The notes beneath the pieces are model-generated. The model saw nothing but the letters and a program-made list of their open reading frames with translations, was not told the DNA's origin and made no database searches. A stretch of 64,000 bases of DNA, taken from an uncultured bacterium. Its GTDB lineage: Bacteria; Patescibacteriota; Minisyncoccia; Phycocordibacterales; PALSA-1337. The position numbers were made by a program, and so were the translations under genes. The stretch is taken from contig OY969557.1 of the NCBI GenBank assembly GCA_963701025.1, positions 36,849 through 100,848 of the forward strand, written 5' to 3'. Positions 52,913 to 62,526 of the stretch are shown here, piece by piece (positions within the stretch are counted from its first letter, which is position 1; each line of letters begins with the position of its first letter).

Positions 52913-54148
52913 TCATCTACCCCACCAATCAGTCTCCGCCCTCTTCATGTACTTGGCCAATTGATCGAGAGGCACGACATCCTGGGCGTGAGTATCGGTG
53001 CGGCGGACGATGGCGGTCTTCTCGACAGCCTCCTTCTTTCCCATGACTATGGAATAGGGAGTGTGGTGTTTTTCGTTAGCCGACACTTGGGCGCCGAGGC
53101 GGTCTTTAGCCAGGCACAGATAGAGGGGGATCTTGACCTGGCGGAGGCGCTCGATGACGTTGAGGGATATGAGCTTGGACTCCATGCCGAGCTGCATGAA
53201 CGAGGCCACCGGCCGCTTCATCTTGGATACCGGTTTGCGGAGGGACGCGCTCTCGCCCTTCACCAAGAGCGACATGCCGAGGCCTTGAATGTCACGCTTC
53301 ATGCCGAGCCTGCGGGCCAGGCCGTTATAACGCACGCCTATACCCAGGATGCGCTGGTCTTTGGCCGTGGCGGACGTGTCCACGATGGCGAATATAGTCT
53401 CGCTACAATACTTGCGGTTGCCGATGAGGCTGTTGTTGATGGTGTAAGGGATATCGAGGGTCTCGCAATATTCGAGAACTTCCTCTAGATGGCGACGACT
53501 GGTCTCGGAAAGGAAGTCGATGGAACGCGGCGCCTTGCCGTTGAGCTCTTTCTCGGATTCGTCGTGCGACGCGAGCAGGTCGAAAGCGTCGCGCTTGAAG
53601 AGCTGGCGCGCCTCCGGGGTCATGTCGTTGATGTTCTTGCGGTAGTAGGCGGTGAGCTCGCGGGCGAAGCGAGCTATGGAGTCGCGGTCGCCGAGGGAAT
53701 TCACTTCCACCGCCGTCTCGTTGTAGCCCTCTTCGGCGAGCATAGCCCGGGCGGCCTGGATGAGAGTCGCTTCGGCGATGGAGCCGGACGCGCCAAGGAT
53801 CTCAAGGTCGGCATAGCGGTGATAGCCGCTTCTCTTCACCGAGCCCTTGTACGGATCCTTGAAATAGAGCATGACCGGCTGTGGCTCGCTGTGCCAAGAG
53901 GTCTCTTGGTAGGTGCGGATGAGAGCGATCTTCTCCTCGGCATGGAGAGGCAGGCGGCCCTTCTTGCCCATCTCGTCGTCGACGAAGTCTCCTTCCATTA
54001 TGCCTTTGGCCGCGTCGAGGTCGCTCTTCTCGATGGCTGGGCTTTTGGCCGGCCTGAAGCCGTAATAGACGGCCGTCTCGCCGATCTTGTCGAGGTGCTC
54101 GTACGATATGAATTTACCGTCGGATTTCTTTTTATTCGGTTTTTTCAT
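52913..54148 (-). CDS. Histidyl-tRNA synthetase-like protein with degenerate catalytic motifs
   Basis: VEVNSLGD, KAPRSIDFL, GVRYNGLA, C-terminal anticodon-binding domain. Confidence 0.75.
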   Translation of the reverse strand: MKKPNKKKSDGKFISYEHLDKIGETAVYYGFRPAKSPAIEKSDLDAAKGIMEGDFVDDEMGKKGRLPLHAEEKIALIRTYQETSWHSEPQPVMLYFKDPYKGSVKRSGYHRYADLEILGASGSIAEATLIQAARAMLAEEGYNETAVEVNSLGDRDSIARFARELTAYYRKNINDMTPEARQLFKRDAFDLLASHDESEKELNGKAPRSIDFLSETSRRHLEEVLEYCETLDIPYTINNSLIGNRKYCSETIFAIVDTSATAKDQRILGIGVRYNGLARRLGMKRDIQGLGMSLLVKGESASLRKPVSKMKRPVASFMQLGMESKLISLNVIERLRQVKIPLYLCLAKDRLGAQVSANEKHHTPYSIVMGKKEAVEKTAIVRRTDTHAQDVVPLDQLAKYMKRAETDWWGR

Positions 54149-54182
54149 GTTTGTATCATTCGAATTGGTCCGTCGATTCGCA

Positions 54183-54782
54183 TTACAATTTTTCCTCTCC
54201 CGGCAGTATCGATATGTTATTTATGGGCAGGAGCCGGACGATCGGCCTACCGATGATGAAATGCCGATCGAGCGGACCCCAGACGCGCGAGTCGGAGCTC
54301 TGGGCGCGATTGTCGCCCATGACGAAATAGTGCGTGGCATCCATGGTGGTGGTGGCGATATTGTCGTATGACGAGTGGTCTGCCGCTACGAAGGAGCTGT
54401 CCACGATGAAGCCTTTGGGATGCGCCGCATTCGCCACGAATACTTTGCCGTCCGTGACGGAGAAGCTCTCTTTCGGAAGGACGATGATGCGCTTTATATA
54501 GTAGATCGAAGGATCATTCGGATACTCAAAGACGATGACATCTCCCCTCTGCGGCGGCTCGAAGCGATAGGTCAGACGATCTACAATGAGAAATTGGCCC
54601 GTGGCGAAAGTCGGATCCATAGAGGCCCCGTTCACGATGAATGGCTCGGCCACCAGCCACCGTATCGGCAGGGCTATTATGAGGGCGATGATGATGACCT
54701 GTACCCACTCGCGCACGGCATGCCAGAAGGGATGCTTATTCGGGGTACTGGCTTGTGGTGCCGCCTCAGAGTCAGGGCTCAT
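54183..54782 (-). CDS. lepB: Signal peptidase I
   Basis: GASMDPT, YIKRII, MGDNRAQSSDSRVWG. Confidence 0.95.
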   Translation of the reverse strand: MSPDSEAAPQASTPNKHPFWHAVREWVQVIIIALIIALPIRWLVAEPFIVNGASMDPTFATGQFLIVDRLTYRFEPPQRGDVIVFEYPNDPSIYYIKRIIVLPKESFSVTDGKVFVANAAHPKGFIVDSSFVAADHSSYDNIATTTMDATHYFVMGDNRAQSSDSRVWGPLDRHFIIGRPIVRLLPINNISILPGEEKL

Positions 54783-55212
54783 GATTGGCGTATTGTACTA
54801 CCAAGAGGGGTTTGACACAAGAGGTTGGAGTGTGATGTGGGCTTTTTATGGAAAATTTTTCTATGATTTTGGGCGGATAGGAAGACGGATAAGAAAGCGG
54901 ATAAGAAGGCGCAGTGAAGAAAAAAATTGAATGAGGAGATTTTAGCGAGATAGTGAGGGGTGGTTCTGTCTCCTAAAGGTGGTCGTGTGGGATGTTATAC
55001 GAACTGAATTATGTAACTATTTGTGATATATCACTGTCTCTTCTAACGAATCAATCAAAAGGGTCCTATTAAGGTGAAAACGGCTCAAAACAAGGGTATA
55101 TTGATATTTTTAGTATAAAATGACACTTTTATGTCAAAAGTGCTTGACTTTTAAACTTTAATAGAATAGTATATAAGTATTATTACAAAATAATGTAATT
55201 TTAAACAAATCC

Positions 55213-56484
55213 ATGTTAATCACAAGAATTAAAGCTAGTAATTTCTATGGGATAAAAGACCCAATAGAAGTATCTTTCACCGAAGGGGGTGAGAAAGAAA
55301 AAATTGGATATGCGAACAAAGGAAAAGAGAGAATCTCGCTTATCTCTGGTTTTTATGGTGCAAATGCTTCAGGCAAAAGCACTGTCTTAAATATCATTGA
55401 CACAATAATTCGAATTATGCTCGCACGACAGCAAGAATTTGTACTCGCACCTAATGGTATAAAGCAAGAGACTATTATCTGTCTTCCCAATTACCATAAA
55501 AGTATGGTATCAAAACCGATCGTGATGGAGATGGATTTTATAATTAGTGAGGATAAATACAATTATTCGATCTCAATTATAAATGAGGGTAAAGAAATTG
55601 CAGAAGAAGTCTTATATAAAAACAATAAAAAAATATTCAATAGAAAGGATAATGCTATTTCTTTTGAATCAAATGTGGAAAAAAAGATGGGCGATTTAGC
55701 AAAAAATATTGTTGCACCAAAGAAGTCATCTTTTCTCTCTGTCGTTTTAGATGAAAGCTCTGATATATCAGTGTTCGCTAATCTCAAGGAAGAAATAGGT
55801 ATTTCTGAGATTAAACATATAAAAAACAAGATCTGCTTTATCACTGATAAAAGATCAGTTCAGATGGGGCAAAACAACATAAATGGTTTAGTAGCTTTTG
55901 CTGTTGATTATCTTAATGACATCAAAAATCAGAATGCAAAACTTAGTGCTGTTAATTCCATAGTTAAATATTTTGAACCTTCCTTTGAAAGTCTTATCAT
56001 TAAAAAAGAGGGAGACAACAATCAGGTCAATAAGTCTTTTGCTTTCACCTATGAAGCAAAATATAGCGACTTCTATAAGAATCTCGGCATTATGGAACTT
56101 TCTGCTGGAACAAGAGAGCTTATTTCTTATATAGGCGATGTTCTTAAGATCATAAAGTCAGGCGGCGTTATTATATATGATGAGACAAGCAAGTATTACC
56201 ATCCGGATATGGAAATGGCTATATTAAATCTCTTCAAAGATAAAGATATAAACAAGCATAATGCTCAGATATTTTTCTCATCGCATAATCATGAGACTTT
56301 TGATCTTTTACAAAATGATCAAGCTCATATCTTAGAAAAAAAGGACAATAATATAACCGTTGCAAAAGTATCGGACTACGATGTAAAGGAAAGAGATAAC
56401 GTAAAAAGAATATATCGTCTTGGCTCTCTTGGCGGAATTCCTAATACTATTGATTTCAATAGAATAATAAATAATCTCTTATAA
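55213..56484 (+). CDS. AAA_21-type (RloA-like) ATPase
   Basis: YGANASGKS, LSAGT, IIYDE, YHP, QIFFSSHN, YRLGSLGGIP; very low GC. Confidence 0.9.
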   Translation: MLITRIKASNFYGIKDPIEVSFTEGGEKEKIGYANKGKERISLISGFYGANASGKSTVLNIIDTIIRIMLARQQEFVLAPNGIKQETIICLPNYHKSMVSKPIVMEMDFIISEDKYNYSISIINEGKEIAEEVLYKNNKKIFNRKDNAISFESNVEKKMGDLAKNIVAPKKSSFLSVVLDESSDISVFANLKEEIGISEIKHIKNKICFITDKRSVQMGQNNINGLVAFAVDYLNDIKNQNAKLSAVNSIVKYFEPSFESLIIKKEGDNNQVNKSFAFTYEAKYSDFYKNLGIMELSAGTRELISYIGDVLKIIKSGGVIIYDETSKYYHPDMEMAILNLFKDKDINKHNAQIFFSSHNHETFDLLQNDQAHILEKKDNNITVAKVSDYDVKERDNVKRIYRLGSLGGIPNTIDFNRIINNLL

Positions 56485-56488
56485 GCTT

Positions 56489-57055
56489 ATGAATAAAAAG
56501 AAAAGCTTTAAAGTATATTATTTATTGATCAGTGAAGGGACCACTGAATTCAATCTATTCGGTTACTTAACGACCAAAAAATTTAAAGAGGATTTTGTAA
56601 AATCTAACATTCAGTTCAGTATCAAGGTAGAAATTGTAGAAATCTCAGTGTCTCAAGGTAAATTAGGTGGTGTTAGTGATGTTAAGGGCTTTAAATCAAA
56701 GTACGATTTAATTAAAGAAAGATATGACGGGCAAAAACGTTTTTTCCTCCTAGACAAAGACCTCGATGATTCTTCAGCTATAGAAGCTCTTATCAAACAA
56801 AATAATGATATTGTGCAATTTATAGAACATAATTCAGAATATCTATTATTGAAACTTTCTGGTAAGAATCCTAAAGATCCTTCTAATTTCACCAACCTGG
56901 CTGAATTTAGGAACTATTGCAAATCTGAATTTCAAAAGCATTTCAGCAAAAAGGCCTCTGATTTCAAAGACACTGACTTTGATTCCATATTTAACAATAT
57001 TACAGATAAAGAAATAAAGGCCAGTTTTATTGAGTTATTCTCAACCCTATCATAA
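56489..57055 (+). CDS. RloB-like/TOPRIM-fold protein
   Basis: LISEGTTEFNLF, FLLDKD, NSEYLLL; 4 bp downstream of the ATPase. Confidence 0.7.
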   Translation: MNKKKSFKVYYLLISEGTTEFNLFGYLTTKKFKEDFVKSNIQFSIKVEIVEISVSQGKLGGVSDVKGFKSKYDLIKERYDGQKRFFLLDKDLDDSSAIEALIKQNNDIVQFIEHNSEYLLLKLSGKNPKDPSNFTNLAEFRNYCKSEFQKHFSKKASDFKDTDFDSIFNNITDKEIKASFIELFSTLS

Positions 57056-57081
57056 AGGGGTGTTTAAGAAGAAGATACACT

Positions 57082-57355
57082 GACCTCTCCTTTTATTTCA
57101 AATGATTATATCCTTTCGGCTGTTTATGCGATCATCATCGTAGTTGCGTTGGCGATCAGGCGAGAAAAGAACGATATCGCGATCTTGCTTTTCGGCTTCT
57201 TCATCATGATCGTCTCTGAATACCTCTTTATCTCCACCGGCGTCGAGACCTTCCAAAAAAACAGCTTATTCGGCATAATGCCCATGTGGCTCCCGTTCCT
57301 GTGGGCCTATGGATTCGTCGCCATAAAGAGATCAGTAGAAATCCTCGGCCGATAA
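57082..57355 (+). pseudogene. 5'-truncated membrane protein
   Basis: SEYLFISTGVETF...PMWLPFLWAYGF; no ATG start; cut at the island edge. Confidence 0.5.
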
Positions 57356-57404
57356 GTGCTCTCGACTTTACACTTTGCATTTTTAACTTTAAACTGAATA
57401 CACT

Positions 57405-57998
57405 ATGCCTTACATCATCGCCGGCCTCGGCAATCCCGGAAAAGAATATGAGGATACGCGCCACAACACTGGCCGTATCGTCTTGGATGCGGTTAGGAAA
57501 GAATTTGGCGGAGAATTAGAATTCGACAAGAAGCTGAACGCGCAGATCGCCGAAGTGAAGATCGGCAAAGAAAAAATCATTTTAATAGCACCGGACACGT
57601 TCATGAATAAGTCCGGCAAGGCCATCGGCCAATTAGTCAAGAGTGTAAAAGCTGCCGAGAAGCTAATAGTCATCTACGATGATTTTCAATTGCCCATAGG
57701 CCGTGCCAAGATTTCCTATAACAAGAGCTCCGGCGGCCACAACGGTCTGGAATCCGTCATCAAGGCAGTCAAGACCGAAGCCTTTCCGCGCATCCGTATC
57801 GGTACTGCCGCTGCTGATGCCAAAGGCAACGCAAAGGTTCCTCATGGCGACGACAAGATAGAGAAGTTCATACTTGGCGATTTCAAGCCGGATGAATTGA
57901 AAGTATTGAAGAAAGTCGCCAAAAGAACTGCCGAAGCCGTAGGGATGATCGTCAAAGAGGGAAGAGAGAAGGCAATGTCGGTCTTCAATCAGGGGTAA
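57405..57998 (+). CDS. pth: Peptidyl-tRNA hydrolase
   Basis: GLGNPG, TRHNTG, TFMNKSG, GGHNGL. Confidence 0.96.
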   Translation: MPYIIAGLGNPGKEYEDTRHNTGRIVLDAVRKEFGGELEFDKKLNAQIAEVKIGKEKIILIAPDTFMNKSGKAIGQLVKSVKAAEKLIVIYDDFQLPIGRAKISYNKSSGGHNGLESVIKAVKTEAFPRIRIGTAAADAKGNAKVPHGDDKIEKFILGDFKPDELKVLKKVAKRTAEAVGMIVKEGREKAMSVFNQG

Positions 57999-59357
57999 TC
58001 ACTTCACCCCCACGAACGACAACGCCATCTTTTGCTCCTTGGGATCGAAGACGGTTATTTTGAACGGATAAGTCTTGCCGAGCTCGAGAGCCTTGCGGAG
58101 CTTCTCTTCGGAACCGAACTCGGAGACGTGGACCAGACCGGCCACGCCTTCCTCGATGGAGGCCAGGGCGCCGTGCTTGTTGAACTTGATGATGACGCCG
58201 GTCACCGACATGTCCTTGGCGTATTTTTTGGCCGCTTCTTTCCACGGGTTTGGCCGGAGCTGTTTCATCGACAGGGAGATCTTGCCGTCCTTGATTTCTA
58301 TGATCTTGACCTTCACTTTCTGGCCGACCTTGACGAAATTCTTCGGGTTTTCCACTAGGCCCCAGTCGATCTCGGAGATATGCACGAGGCCCTCGAGGCC
58401 CTCCTCCAGCTTTATGAAGACGCCGAAATCCACGACGCCGGTGGCGGTGCCTTCGACCTCGTCGCCGATCTCGTACTTGCTGACGATCTTTTCCTTCTCT
58501 TTGGACTCGGAACCCTTCTCGGAGAAGATGAGCTTGCCTTCCTTGGGATCGGCCGTGATGATCGAGACCGACAAGCGCGTTCCCACGAGCTTTTTCAGCT
58601 CGTCGAGGATCTTGTCCTTGTCGCCGTCGCCCACCTTGGGATAATGGTCGCCTTTGAGCTGGGAGGCCGGCAGGAAGCCGACGATACCCTGCCAATCCAT
58701 GAGAAGGCCGCCCTTGTTGGCTTCCTTGACCAGGATGTCGAGCACCTTCTTCTCCTTGATGGCTGATTCGGCTTCGCTCCAAATGAGCGCCTGACGGGCT
58801 TCCTTCAATGACAGCTCGTAATAACCTTCGGGATGCGCATCATCGACGATCTTGGCGGCGATGGTGTCTCCGAGGTTTATCTTCTTGATGACGTCGCGGG
58901 CGATGATGAATTCGCGGCCGTATATGATGCCGGTGCCGAAGGGTGCCAGGTCGACGAATATGGACGACTTCTCTATGGCGATGACCGGGCCTTCGACGAG
59001 ATCGCCCACCTGTGGCGGGTTCTTCATGGAACCGACCATCTTGCCCATGAGAGTCAGTTGCTGCTCGTCGGAGAGCTTCATGGCCTCGTTCCTCTTCGCT
59101 ACGCGTCGAGCCTCCGACGCCTCTGCGTCGGTCATGCCGGGATGATTGGCGGCTACGCGTGTGCGGGCGGCCGGTGCAGGCGCCGCTTTCTTTTCTTGGG
59201 CTTTCTTCTCGGTCTTTTCCGGCACTTTTTCCGAGACCTCGGTTGACTTTTCGCTTGCTTTCTTAGTCAGGCCGATCTTTTCATCCGCCTCACTTTTTAT
59301 ATTTTTCGATTGATCTTTCTTCGAACCGGACAGAGTCTCCCTTAATTTTTTGAACAT
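57999..59357 (-). CDS. rpsA: 30S ribosomal protein S1 with Lys-rich N-terminal extension
   Basis: Four S1 repeats, GFLPASQL, DFGVF, GLVHISE. Confidence 0.9.
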   Translation of the reverse strand: MFKKLRETLSGSKKDQSKNIKSEADEKIGLTKKASEKSTEVSEKVPEKTEKKAQEKKAAPAPAARTRVAANHPGMTDAEASEARRVAKRNEAMKLSDEQQLTLMGKMVGSMKNPPQVGDLVEGPVIAIEKSSIFVDLAPFGTGIIYGREFIIARDVIKKINLGDTIAAKIVDDAHPEGYYELSLKEARQALIWSEAESAIKEKKVLDILVKEANKGGLLMDWQGIVGFLPASQLKGDHYPKVGDGDKDKILDELKKLVGTRLSVSIITADPKEGKLIFSEKGSESKEKEKIVSKYEIGDEVEGTATGVVDFGVFIKLEEGLEGLVHISEIDWGLVENPKNFVKVGQKVKVKIIEIKDGKISLSMKQLRPNPWKEAAKKYAKDMSVTGVIIKFNKHGALASIEEGVAGLVHVSEFGSEEKLRKALELGKTYPFKITVFDPKEQKMALSFVGVK

Positions 59358-59535
59358 ATATTCTCTCGCGCCCCGCTTTTTAATTGATAATGAGGCCGAT
59401 GTATGTCTCGGCCAGAAGTGCGGGATGACACGTAGTGATTAAAACGAACCGCAAAACGAACCTGGTGATACTAGCGCATTTAAGGGTTTTTGTCGAATTT
59501 GCGGGTGTGTTTCAGATAGTGAAGATTTTCAGATA

Positions 59536-59570
59536 AAAAAGTGCCACCCGCAACTTGCGAGTGGACTTTT
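59536..59570 (-). terminator. Terminator hairpin after the response regulator
   Basis: AAAAAGTGCCACCCGCAACTTGCGAGTGGACTTTT. Confidence 0.55.
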
Positions 59571-59591
59571 GTGAACCGATAATGGCGGCGT

Positions 59592-60014
59592 TCATGCCGC
59601 AGTTAAAGCTGGGGCATTGGCTAGGAAGAGACATCCCTTGACTGTTTCGACCAATTCCTCGATCTTGAAGGGCTTTACCAGGTATGCGCGCAACCCGTGC
59701 AACCGTGCCATCTGGCCTGCATTCTCCTCTGGAGCACCGGTAGCCATGATCACCGGCAAGTTAGGGAACCGCTTAGCCGCCCTCGCGACTGAGTACCCAT
59801 CAATTCCACCGGGCATTTGCCGATCAGTGATCAGCAGATCGAGAGTAGGACCTTCGGGCCCTTCGAGGTATGCAATCGCCTCTGTCCCATTTTTGCAAAT
59901 GATGAGGCTGATTTCCCCGAGCTGATTTTGAACGCTTTCGCTTTTAAAAACGTCCTCGGCCAACATTCTGAGGATTTCCTCGTCGTCGACGTACATTACT
60001 TTTATTGTCTTCAT
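59592..60014 (-). CDS. Single-domain response regulator (CheY-like)
   Basis: YVDDE, LITDRQMP, MATG, LVKPF. Confidence 0.9.
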   Translation of the reverse strand: MKTIKVMYVDDEEILRMLAEDVFKSESVQNQLGEISLIICKNGTEAIAYLEGPEGPTLDLLITDRQMPGGIDGYSVARAAKRFPNLPVIMATGAPEENAGQMARLHGLRAYLVKPFKIEELVETVKGCLFLANAPALTAA

Positions 60015-60122
60015 AACTTTATTTCAACTCCCACCTCCCACTATGTTTGCCCTCAATGGTAGCATATCATGCACTATAAGTCAATAGAGCGCAAAGACAC
60101 AGATTTTGCTACCATAAGCCGC

Positions 60123-60773
60123 ATGATCATCACTTTTCTCGGAGGCGAATCATTCAAGGTCTCGTTCGGCGATACGACGCTCGCTTTCAATCCCATTTCC
60201 AAGGATTCAAAATTGGCTACCGCCAAGTTCGGCGCGGACATCGTCCTTTCGAGCATCAATCATCCGGACATGAACGGCGTAGACCAAGTGTCATTCGGCG
60301 AGAAGAAGGCCTTCGCCGTGACCGGCCCGGGCGAATATGAGGTTAAGGGAGTCTTCATCAAGGGTTTCGGTTCGGAGTCGCACTATGACGGATCCGTCAA
60401 AGCGAGCGGTGAGAAGCGCATTAACACTATCTATTCGGTCTCGCTCGAAGGCATGAACATTTGTTTCCTCGGCGCGCTCGACCAGATCGAGCTTCCCAAG
60501 GATGCCGACGAGGGTCTCGACGGCGTGGATATATTGTTCGTGCCTATCGGCGGCAATGGTGTCCTCGACCCGGCTAAGGCCTATAAACTAGCAGTATCGC
60601 TCGAGCCGAAACTCATCATTCCCATGCATTACGGCGACATCGGCGGCAAAGACGCCTTGAAGGCCTTCCTCAAAGAAGCCGGCGAGAATCCCAAGCCGGT
60701 GACCAAGCTGACCCTGAAGAGGAAAGACCTCGAAGGCAAGGATGCCGAGGTTGCAGTCCTCGAGAAAGAGTAG
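60123..60773 (+). CDS. MBL-fold hydrolase-like protein
   Basis: GPGEYEVKG, DILFVPIGG, EPKLIIPMHY. Confidence 0.85.
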   Translation: MIITFLGGESFKVSFGDTTLAFNPISKDSKLATAKFGADIVLSSINHPDMNGVDQVSFGEKKAFAVTGPGEYEVKGVFIKGFGSESHYDGSVKASGEKRINTIYSVSLEGMNICFLGALDQIELPKDADEGLDGVDILFVPIGGNGVLDPAKAYKLAVSLEPKLIIPMHYGDIGGKDALKAFLKEAGENPKPVTKLTLKRKDLEGKDAEVAVLEKE

Positions 60774-60785
60774 TATAATGTCGCC

Positions 60786-61079
60786 ATGACTATCCAATCA
60801 TATTTGGAAACTCTCCGCGCCAAGCCCGAGGGCGCTCGTAAGCAGATCGCTTTCTGGTCGTCGTTCGGCATAACCGCCATCATCTTCGTCTTCTGGCTGG
60901 CGTCATTCAATGTCTTCGGCGCCGCCGGAACGACCGTTGCCCAGGCGGTTAATAAAGCCGGCACCCCGTCGCAGTCCCTCATCGCCAGCGTCGGCGGATT
61001 CTTCGGCGATATCAAGGATCTCTTCTTCGCCCCGCGCAAAGTGACGTATACCGATATACAGGTAAGTCCTGGGAAGTAA
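60786..61079 (+). CDS. Hypothetical single-TM protein
   Basis: LRAKPEGARKQIAFW plus a TM helix. Confidence 0.7.
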   Translation: MTIQSYLETLRAKPEGARKQIAFWSSFGITAIIFVFWLASFNVFGAAGTTVAQAVNKAGTPSQSLIASVGGFFGDIKDLFFAPRKVTYTDIQVSPGK

Positions 61080-61114
61080 GGAGCTCGGCGCCAATCGTGT
61101 AGCACTTTCTAGTT

Positions 61115-61399
61115 TTATATAACAGTAAGTTTCAGTCCCAGTCCGGCTGTTATTTTTTGCAGGAAAGAAAGTGTAGGGTTAGTTCTGCCGGATTCGAAGC
61201 GCGCGAGGGCCGATTGGGCTATACCAAGTTTCGCCGCTAATTGCTTTTGAGTGAGCTTCTTTTCGATGCGGGCTTTGGCCATGGCATGGTGTATCTTGAA
61301 TTCCAACTCAAGACTGTCGTAAGCTTTTTTATTTTCTGGGTCTGAAAGAAACTCTTTCATGAATTGTTTGTGTGTGGTGAATTGTTCGTGTGTTTTCAT
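61115..61399 (-). CDS. HigA-like XRE HTH antitoxin
   Basis: ARIEKKLTQKQLAAKLGIAQSALARFESGRTNPTLSFL. Confidence 0.9.
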   Translation of the reverse strand: MKTHEQFTTHKQFMKEFLSDPENKKAYDSLELEFKIHHAMAKARIEKKLTQKQLAAKLGIAQSALARFESGRTNPTLSFLQKITAGLGLKLTVI

Positions 61400-61428
61400 A
61401 GTGTTATCAGTATATCATATATGTTATA

Positions 61429-61746
61429 TCAAGCAATGTTAATAATCTCTTTTTGAACTTGTCTGGCATAATGAATGTCTCTAATATTTATTTTCCAGGC
61501 CTTTTTAACAAAACCGTGAATGATCCAAGCTCTATCTTTATGGAAGATATATAATATTCTTACTTTAACTTTTCCCTGAGTTCTCAATTCAAATAGACCC
61601 TTACCTAAACTCTTTGAGTCGGGCATATCCAGTAAATTCCCGTATTCTTCTAAGAGATTGATGGATCCTCTCGCACGGGAAGATGTAATATTGTCCAATT
61701 CATCTATAAATTTCTCTACTTTTTTGTTCCAATAAATGATTTCCAT
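61429..61746 (-). CDS. HigB/RelE (Gp49-like) toxin
   Basis: MPDSKSLGKGLFELR, RILYIF, IIHGFVKK. Confidence 0.9.
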   Translation of the reverse strand: MEIIYWNKKVEKFIDELDNITSSRARGSINLLEEYGNLLDMPDSKSLGKGLFELRTQGKVKVRILYIFHKDRAWIIHGFVKKAWKINIRDIHYARQVQKEIINIA

Positions 61747-61859
61747 ACCTAGAGCGTATCAGGTCGAGATAAAGAAACGCTCAAAAAGTGATAAAGAAAA
61801 GCCTAATTTTCGATCAAAATTTGCCGAAGATCGATGGGGGGGCGCATGTTAGTGTGTAA

Positions 61860-61926
61860 GTAGGGGTGACGAAAAATTTTCGTCAATGGCTCAGAATATG
61901 GGTTGACGAGAAAAGTTCGTCACCCC
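61860..61926. repeat. 67-bp double-palindrome element, copy 2
   Basis: 62/67 identical to 26143-26209. Confidence 0.9.
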
Positions 61927-62070
61927 CAGTGAGGAGGAGAGGAGCGTTCCCCCGGACACTTATCAAAAGTGACAAAAAAGTTGCCACTTTTAAGGAGTGT
62001 AAAAGAGGTCTGTAGACAAAAAATGCGCCAACCAATTAAAGTTGGCACATTGTGATTGATGAGAGGGAAT

Positions 62071-62322
62071 TCAATTTCCCAATCTGCCGAAGTAGAGCTG
62101 GCCACCCTTGGCAAAAACCGTGTAGGATATGTTGGTCCCAACGGTCAAGGTTTCCGGCGTCAAATCCTTGTCCAACTTGATGCCGTCCAAGGCGTAGACC
62201 TTCTCGTCCTTGTCGTAGACGAGAATACGGTGCTCGGTGATGGTGAGGGCTATAGGAGTGAAGGTGTGGCCCTCAAGATTTTGTTTCCAGGTGTATTTCT
62301 CTGGACACCCAGTGGCTTCCTT
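62071..62322 (-). other. Unannotated open frame (84 codons including the stop) lacking an ATG start
   Basis: ...CPEKYTWKQNLEGHTFTPIALTITEHRILVYDKDEKVYALDGIKLDKDLTPETLTVGTNISYTVFAKGGQLYFGRLGN*; promoter-like sequence upstream and terminator downstream. Confidence 0.45.
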
Positions 62323-62526
62323 TCAAAAAGCCTTTAACCAGTGAGCTTTCAACGAGCTCTTTGTTTACTGCTGGCACCACCCTAACATATTACAATAATC
62401 TTGTCAACTCGCCTCCCGACCCAAATTTTGCTATAATTAGGTCACAATTAAGGATATGAAATTGGATAATTGAAGGGTTATTTTGTAATCTTTCAATTTT
62501 CAATTTTAATTTTTCAATTCTTACCC

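Noticed and set aside
49076-54256. Long antisense or overlapping ORFs over ftsZ, ftsA and the HisRS-like gene (also over pyk, DedA, rpsB, rpsA)
   Set aside because: Shadow ORFs caused by GC3-biased codon usage; the 375-aa ORF at 50415-51542 is credible only from the Met at 50948
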